A stretch of DNA of 64,000 nt from Macrostomum lignano (Eukaryota), in NCBI GenBank assembly GCA_002269645.1, contig NIVC01003116.1:54500-118499 (forward strand), written 5' to 3'. The notes under the pieces were generated by a model. It saw only the letters and a program-made list of their open reading frames with translations, searched no databases and was not told where the DNA came from. Position numbers and translations under genes: made by a program. Of this stretch, positions 57,240 through 64,000 are shown in pieces; position 1 is the first letter of the stretch; each line of letters opens with the position of its first letter.

Positions 57240-57540
57240 ATGTTGTAGCTCCTAGTGGTTAGAGCGTCGGACGCACCTCAAAAAGGTCAGGGGTTCGATT
57301 CTCGATCCCATTCGGAAAAATTTGTGCTCTCGAGTGAGGCACTTAACTCTGCATTGCTTCAGTTCACACAGCTGTAAAATGGGTGACAGCATTACGACGT
57401 AGCTTGGGTAATTGAGGCTGGTGTGGCGACCCCCACAGCCGTATGCAGCCTTCAGATGCGCCACGCAATAGCTGCGGCTGAGCTGTCGGTTGCACATCTG
57501 GCCATTAGGGCAGGTGTAATCAATCATAATTATTATGAGT
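57240..57540 (+). mobile_element. tRNA-derived SINE with CORE-like central domain
   Basis: Head with A box (CCTAGTGGTTAGAGC) and B box (GGTTCGATTC), then GAGGCACTTAACTCTGCATTGCTTCAGTTCACACAGCTGTAAAATGGG resembling the MIR/CORE-SINE core; short simple-repeat tail (AATC/ATT). Confidence 0.75.
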
Positions 57541-58779
57541 ACTTTGCAAACATAAAATTTTTAATATCAAAAACATTTTTGTTGTCCTTTGGCTGTAAGT
57601 TAATGATATTCCACAGAGCTGGTTTTGTTTGGAACAAAAAAGTCAGTTCAGAATGAAAACATTTTTGCAAGCGTAACTAGAAACAATCTAATAAACTACT
57701 CGTAGATCATTCAGAATTTGGTGATGTGACTGGCAGAAGATCTGCTTTGCTTTTAAAGGTAATCAAAGTTATACTTATCAAAAGGACTTTTCTTTTGAAG
57801 CAGATTTAGTTGTATACGAGCGGAACTCCTCCGTTGGAGGAGAAAGGAGATAAAACTCCCATCGCCAGAATTTCTATAGCCTATAGCACTTACAGATAGT
57901 TTTTCTACCTATTAAAAGTTGTCCCATAAAATTGAGCTAAAACTAAATATGTTTAGTTAAATCTATCTCTCACTTTACTTTGCCCCCTTCATGAAAATTA
58001 TGACCTTGTAAAGTCAGCTGTAGTTCTCTCTGGCATGGCAGTCAGTTTTCTATGTGCCTCTTCAGAGAACAAAAGGTATATTTTTACATGTAAGAGAGTA
58101 GAATTTGCGTCAAACTCGATCCCAGTCGCAGTTGTGTTCTAAAAATATTTTTCCGATAGCTTGGAGCAAAAGAATGGGACAGACTGCATGAGACAGAAAA
58201 CCTCGTTCTGCAGCTTAATGCAAAATTGCAGAGGGGAGAAAGCAACTGAAAAATGATATGCTTTATTGTAAGATGCAGGAAAAAGTCAGACGCAAGACAC
58301 AGAAGAGCACGAAATGAGTCTAATTTGAAGAGAGCTCGGAGCTCTACTATAGTATTAGATTTCTCTGTTCTATATTAGTTTCACAGCAGGGTTCCTACCT
58401 GCGCTGCTTATAATTAGGGCGGTCGTGCCAACTCCAAAAGTTTTTTCCATGCAGCGTCTCAGAATTCTGACGGATCAGCCCGTCAGACGGCTCGAAATGA
58501 TGGTGCGAGCTGCATTAATAACCTTCTTGCTTGCGTAATAACACGACTGTAAAGATGAAATTCTTGGCACAAATATGCAATCGCTTGTAGTAATGATCGG
58601 CTGTGTTCATGCACTGATGAAAGACCTTTCCATTGTGACAGAAATAGATTAGCTAATTGTAGTGGAAAGCGGATGGATAGAGATGCAAAAGAAAGATGGC
58701 GAAATGGAGAAGGTAGAAGATTGTGGAAGTAAGAGTCGGAGAGGAAGACCAAAACCAAAGGGGAGTGAAAAGAAGGAGA

Positions 58780-60060
58780 GGTAGACACAGGAAGGAGAGA
58801 AGAGACAGGAAGAAGAGAGAGACAGGAGAGGGAGAGACAGGAGAGAGAGAGAGACAGGGGAAGGAGAGAGACAGGAAGGAGAGGGAGAGATAGGAAGAAG
58901 GCAGGAAGGAGAGAGGGGCAGGAGAGGAGAGACAGGAAGAAGGCAGGAAGGAGAGAAGAGACAGGAGAGAGAGAAAGGAAGGAGAGAGGGGCAGGAGAGG
59001 AGAGACAGGAAGAAGGCAGGAAGGAGAGAAGAGACAGGAGAGAGAGAAAGGAAGGAGAGAGGGGCAGGAGAGGAGAGACAGGAAGAAGGCAGGAAGGAGA
59101 GAAGAGACAGGAGAGAGAGAAAGGAAGGAGAGAGGGCAGGAGAGGAGAGACAGGAAGAAGGCAGGAAGGAGAGAAGAGACAGGAGAGAGAGAAAGGAAGG
59201 AGAGAGGGGCAGGAGAGGAGAGACAGGAAGAAGGCAGGAAGGAGAGAAGAGACAGGAGAGAGAGAAAGGAAGGAGAGAGGGGCAGGAGAGGAGAGACAGG
59301 AAGAAGGCAGGAAGGAGAGAAGAGACAGGAGAGAGAGAAAGGAAGGAGAGAGGGGCAGGAGAGGAGAGACAGGAAGAAGGCAGGAAGGAGAGAAGAGACA
59401 GGAGAGAGAGAAAGGAAGGAGAGAGGGGCAGGAGAGGAGAGACAGGAAGAAGGCAGGAAGGAGAGAAGAGACAGGAGAGAGAGAAAGGAAGGAGAGAGGG
59501 GCAGGAGAGGAGAGACAGGAAGAAGGCAGGAAGGAGAGAAGAGACAGGAGAGAGAGAAAGGAAGGAGAGAGGGGCAGGAGAGGAGAGACAGGAAGAAGGC
59601 AGGAAGGAGAGAAGAGACAGGAGAGAGAGAAAGGAAGGAGAGAGGGGCAGGAGAGGAGAGACAGGAAGAAGGCAGGAAGGAGAGAAGAGACAGGAGAGAG
59701 AGAAAGGAAGGAGAGAGGGCAGGAGAGGAGAGACAGGAAGAAGGCAGGAAGGAGAGAAGAGACAGGAGAGAGAGAAAGGAAGGAGAGAGGGGCAGGAGAG
59801 GAGAGACAGGAAGAAGGCAGGAAGGAGAGAAGAGACAGGAGAGAGAGAAAGGAAGGAGAGAGGGGCAGGAGAGGAGAGACAGGAAGAAGGCAGGAAGGAG
59901 AGAAGAGACAGGAGAGAGAGAAAGGAAGGAGAGAGGGGCAGGAGAGGAGAGACAGGAAGAAGGCAGGAAGGAGAGAAGAGACAGGAGAGAGAGAAAGGAA
60001 GGAGAGAGGGGCAGGAGAGGAGAGACAGGAAGAAGGCAGGAAGGAGAGAAGAGACAGGAG
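58780..60060. repeat. 73-bp polypurine minisatellite
   Basis: Unit GGAGAGGAGAGACAGGAAGAAGGCAGGAAGGAGAGAAGAGACAGGAGAGAGAGAAAGGAAGGAGAGAGGGGCA: no T, 4 C. Confidence 0.95.
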
Positions 60061-60881
60061 AAAGGGCAGAGACAGGGAGATAAGGGAGGCAGTGGAAAAG
60101 GGTCCAAGTACGGTATAAAGACAAGAGCGGCAGTGAAAGCAGGCATGATATATACTCGTAGAAAAGCAAGCAATGCTCAGAAAGCGAAGAATCCATTTAG
60201 GATAGAAGCAAAAAAGCAACAGGAATGTTTTCACAATACTGACATTGCTCTAACCTGCCCTGATGCTCGAATCATAGTGAGCAATGCAAAAAAACTGCTG
60301 ATGCCCGATCGAATGCGGGAGCCCCTATTTCTCCGGCTGAAGTCACATGGGAAATTCGATGAAAAAATCAGTTACTCGACAGTGCAGGGGCACTGAGGGG
60401 CGGTTCACGTCGTCGCAGAAATTTCCCGAATGCACTAATAAGTCTTCTGCTTGTTTAAGGTAAAAAAGCAAAAACATCCTGCTGCCTTTCTCAAATATTA
60501 ATTCGTTGCTCGTTTGAATTAATTTTTATAAAAATCGGCTACGGATGTGATTAATCATTCGACAATCCACTTCTACAGGTTCATCTTTCAATCAGGAAAT
60601 TGCCTAGCACCCAAGAAGGAAAATTCTCGAATCCTTAAAAACTGTTTTAATTTCCAAATTGTTGATTTAATGACAGTTTTTTATAAGTACCTGGGATTGG
60701 CTGGATAGAATACGCTCGTACGCTCGCGATTTTGAAGGAATCAAATGAAGGCGGTTTTATAGGTTTTATAGATTTGGTTGACAGTGATGTAAGAGCTTTT
60801 GTTGGAAAAGATGAAGCAGAGGATTCATAACAATCCGGCGTAGGCACGAGTTTTAATTGGTGGGTGACATTTGAGGGACCA

Positions 60882-62870
60882 GGGGCTTTAGCACCAAGGG
60901 GCTTTAGCACCAAGGGGCTTTAGCACCAAGGGGGCTTTAGCACCAAGGGGCGCCAGCACCAAGGGGCTTTAGCACCAAGGGGCTTTAGCACCAAGGGGCG
61001 CCAGCACCAAGGGGCTTTAGCACCAAGGGGCTTTAGCACCAAGGGGCTTTAGCACCAAGGGGCTTTAGCACCAAGGGGCTTTAGCACCAAGGGGCTTTAG
61101 CACCAAGGGGCTTTAGCACCAAGGGGCTTTAGCACCAAGGGGCTTTAGCACCAAGGGGCTTTAGCACCAAGGGGCTTTAGCACCAAGGGGCTTTAGCACC
61201 AAGGGGCGCCAGCACCAAGGGCGCCAGCACCAAGGGGCGCCAGCACCAAGGGGCTTTAGCACCAAGGGGCTTTAGCACCAAGGGGCTTTAGCACCAAGGG
61301 GCTTTAGCACCAAGGGGCTTTAGCACCAAGGGGCTTTAGCACCAAGGGGCTTTAGCACCAAGGGCGCTTTAGCACCAAGGGGCTTTAGCACCAAGGGGGC
61401 TTTAGCACCAAGGGGCTTTAGCACCAAGGGGCTTTAGCACCAAGGGGCTTTAGCACCAAGGGGCTTTAGCACCAAGGGGCTTTAGCACCAAGGGGGCTTT
61501 AGCACCAAGGGGCGCCAGCACCAAGGGGCTTTAGCACCAAGGGGCTTTAGCACCAAGGGGCTTTAGCACCAAGGGGCTTTAGCACCAAGGGGCTTTAGCA
61601 CCAAGGGGCTTTAGCACCAAGGGGCTTTAGCACCAAGGGCTTTAGCACCAAGGGGCTTTAGCACCAAGGGGCTTTAGCACCAAGGGGCTTTAGCACCAAG
61701 GGGCTTTAGCACCAAGGGGCTTTAGCACCAAGGGGCGCCAGCACCAAGGGGCTTTAGCACCAAGGGGCTTTAGCACCAAGGGGCTTTAGCACCAAGGGGC
61801 TTTAGCACCAAGGGGCTTTAGCACCAAGGGCTTTAGCACCAAGGGGCTTTAGCACCAAGGGGCTTTAGCACCAAGGGGCTTTAGCACCAAGGGGCTTTAG
61901 CACCAAGGGGCTTTAGCACCAAGGGGCTTTAGCACCAAGGGGCTTTAGCACCAAGGGGCTTTAGCACCAAGGGGCTTTAGCACCAAGGGCTTTAGCACCA
62001 AGGGGCTTTAGCACCAAGGGGCTTTAGCACCAAGGGCTTTAGCACCAAGGGGCTTTAGCACCAAGGGGCTTTAGCACCAAGGGGCTTTAGCACCAAGGGG
62101 CTTTAGCACCAAGGGGCTTTAGCACCAAGGGGCTTTAGCACCAAGGGGCTTTAGCACCAAGGGGCTTTAGCACCAAGGGGCTTTAGCACCAAGGGGCTTT
62201 AGCACCAAGGGGCTTTAGCACCAAGGGGCTTTAGCACCAAGGGGCTTTAGCACCAAGGGGCTTTAGCACCAAGGGGCTTTAGCACCAAGGGGCTTTAGCA
62301 CCAAGGGGCTTTAGCACCAAGGGGCTTTAGCACCAAGGGGCGCCAGCACCAAGGGGCTTTAGCACCAAGGGGCGCCAGCACCAAGGGGCGCCAGCACCAA
62401 GGGGCGCCAGCACCAAGGGCGCCAGCACCAAGGGGCGCCAGCACCAAGGGGCGCCAGCACCAAGGGGCGCCAGCACCAAGGGGCTTTAGAACCAAGGGGC
62501 TTTAGCACCAAGGGGCGCCAGCACCAAGGGGCGCCAGCACCAAGGGGCGCCAGCACCAAGGGGCGCCAGCACCAAGGGGCTTTAGCACCAAGGGGCTTTA
62601 GCACCAAGGGCTTTAGCACCAAGGGGCTTTAGCACCAAGGGGCTTTAGCACCAAGGGCTTTAGCACCAAGGGGCTTTAGCACCAAGGGGCGCCAGCACCA
62701 AGGGGCGCCAGCACCAAGGGGCCAGCACCAAGGGGCGCCAGCACCAAGGGGCGCCAGCACCAAGGGCGCCAGCACCAAGGGGCGCCAGCACCAAGGGGCG
62801 CCAACACCAAGGGGCCAGCACCAAGGGGCTTTAGCATCAAGGGGCGCCAGCACCAAGGGGCTTTAGCTCA
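60882..62870 (+). repeat. 16-bp satellite (GGGGCTTTAGCACCAA)n, second large array
   Basis: Same unit and orientation as 39802-41716; GGGGCGCCAGCACCAA variants dominate 62340-62860. Confidence 0.98.
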
Positions 62871-63849
62871 AGGTGCCCTCAAAGCTGCTTACAAGGAGCA
62901 CCAAAAATTTTTGCTTGCCCACTCACTTAAAGTCTGCTTTTTGCAAAAAAAGCTGACCCAAAATGACGATTAAAACTTTGTATTTCAAGATAACGAGAGG
63001 GTAGTTTATAAATGTTCTTAATAGCCTACTTTAAGTAGAAAATAATGATATAGAGTCCCTGGATGAAAGTAAGTCAAAAATGCTCGTAAAATGTCCATTC
63101 AGGCCAGGGTTAAGAAAGCAACATCCGTCCTAGTTAGCTTAGTATTGTATTCGTATAGCACCTATGCATATCGCTGCGATACAGTGCCGCGTTGGTAACT
63201 CTGATTGCTGTGATCTTGAACTTGACAACTTGCGGTTTAAGCTAAATTATGAGGATTGAGGAAATGAGGGTTATGAGGAATTACGAGATTGTTTGTATTA
63301 ACTATTAAATTACGGCTACAGTAATATGGATTATTGATAAGACCGCAGTACTACGCTTGTATACTGCAACTGCAAGCCACTTCTCCTACATAGACTGCAT
63401 TGTATTTGCGCCAGAAAAGCAAATTTTCAAGCCAATTAACAATTATGATAGCTACTAAATTAGACAAATTAAGCGCTTTTTCAAAACCAGCATAGGACGT
63501 GACATGAAGCGTTAGGACTTAAGATACTGAACAGTGTAGTGCAATGCATGAATCGCAATTAGAGAGACGAGCTGTAAATGGAAGGCTGAATTACTGCAAC
63601 GGGGCCCGGTCACCTAACGGCCGTGGGCTAGCCAGACAATCCACTACACAAAAAATACCTGGCTAGCCAGTGAGTCCACGTGTGGACCCACACAGGCTAG
63701 CCTAGAGAGTCCACACAGTGCGCACAGTGATAGTACGCTAGATATGCCAAGGAACGCTGCTATTGGTCCGTGTAGGCTGGGGTCGAGTGCACCCGCGGAC
63801 GGGAATGAGAAGTCTGGAATTCTGAGTGCTAAAAATAGACACCGCTAAA

Positions 63850-63915
63850 AATTGGTCGAGTGGCCAGTGCGCCTGACTTGAAATTGGAAGGTTTGAGGTT
63901 CGAATCTTGCTAGAC
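63850..63915 (+). pseudogene. tRNA-like remnant or SINE head
   Basis: A box TGGTCGAGTGG, ACTTGAAAT loop, B box GGTTCGAATC; acceptor stem not intact. Confidence 0.35.
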
Positions 63916-64000
63916 AAAATATTTTCTTGATGTAAGTATTGTGAGTGTAAAAAAAGCAGAACAGGCAGAAGACCAAAAATTAGAATTTAAGTGAACAACA

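Noticed and set aside
58483-60234. 500-580-aa Leu/Ser/Pro-rich ORFs
   Set aside because: The pyrimidine strand of a purine array cannot encode stops; compositional artefact.
60680-60830. Open stretch PGIGWIEYARTL..DEAEDS* and a YKYLG motif in another frame
   Set aside because: Too short, weak acceptor and no other RT motifs; cannot be supported.

Overview
Eukaryotic (animal) genomic DNA with GT-AG introns, CpG-rich exons and about 23 tandem-repeat arrays covering roughly 23 kb (~36%, summed from array edges read by eye). The style suggests a free-living flatworm such as Macrostomum; this is inference only. Genes supported by spliced reading frames: LSD1/KDM1A (minus, 5 exons, runs off the left edge), an uncharacterised 5-exon ~403-aa gene (plus), two tandem TLC-domain (TLCD3/FAM57-like) paralogs (minus), an intronless class A GPCR, an intronless SBK1-like Ser/Thr kinase, and a secreted C-type lectin whose PAN/apple-like tail is frameshifted. 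There are two tRNA-Lys(UUU) genes. Mobile elements: a decayed Tc1/mariner (maT-like) transposase carrying a nested 172-bp hAT-type MITE, a young 1.66-kb non-autonomous LTR element, a LINE endonuclease fragment and a CORE-like tRNA-SINE. Most long ORFs in the supplied track are artefacts of tandem repeats. Most notable observations: two CpG-erased domains that extend into host exons, a minisatellite seeded from a gene's last codons and stop, a cluster of MEF2 consensus sites around the SBK kinase, and a different minisatellite in each LSD1 intron. No prokaryotic system or CRISPR array is supported.
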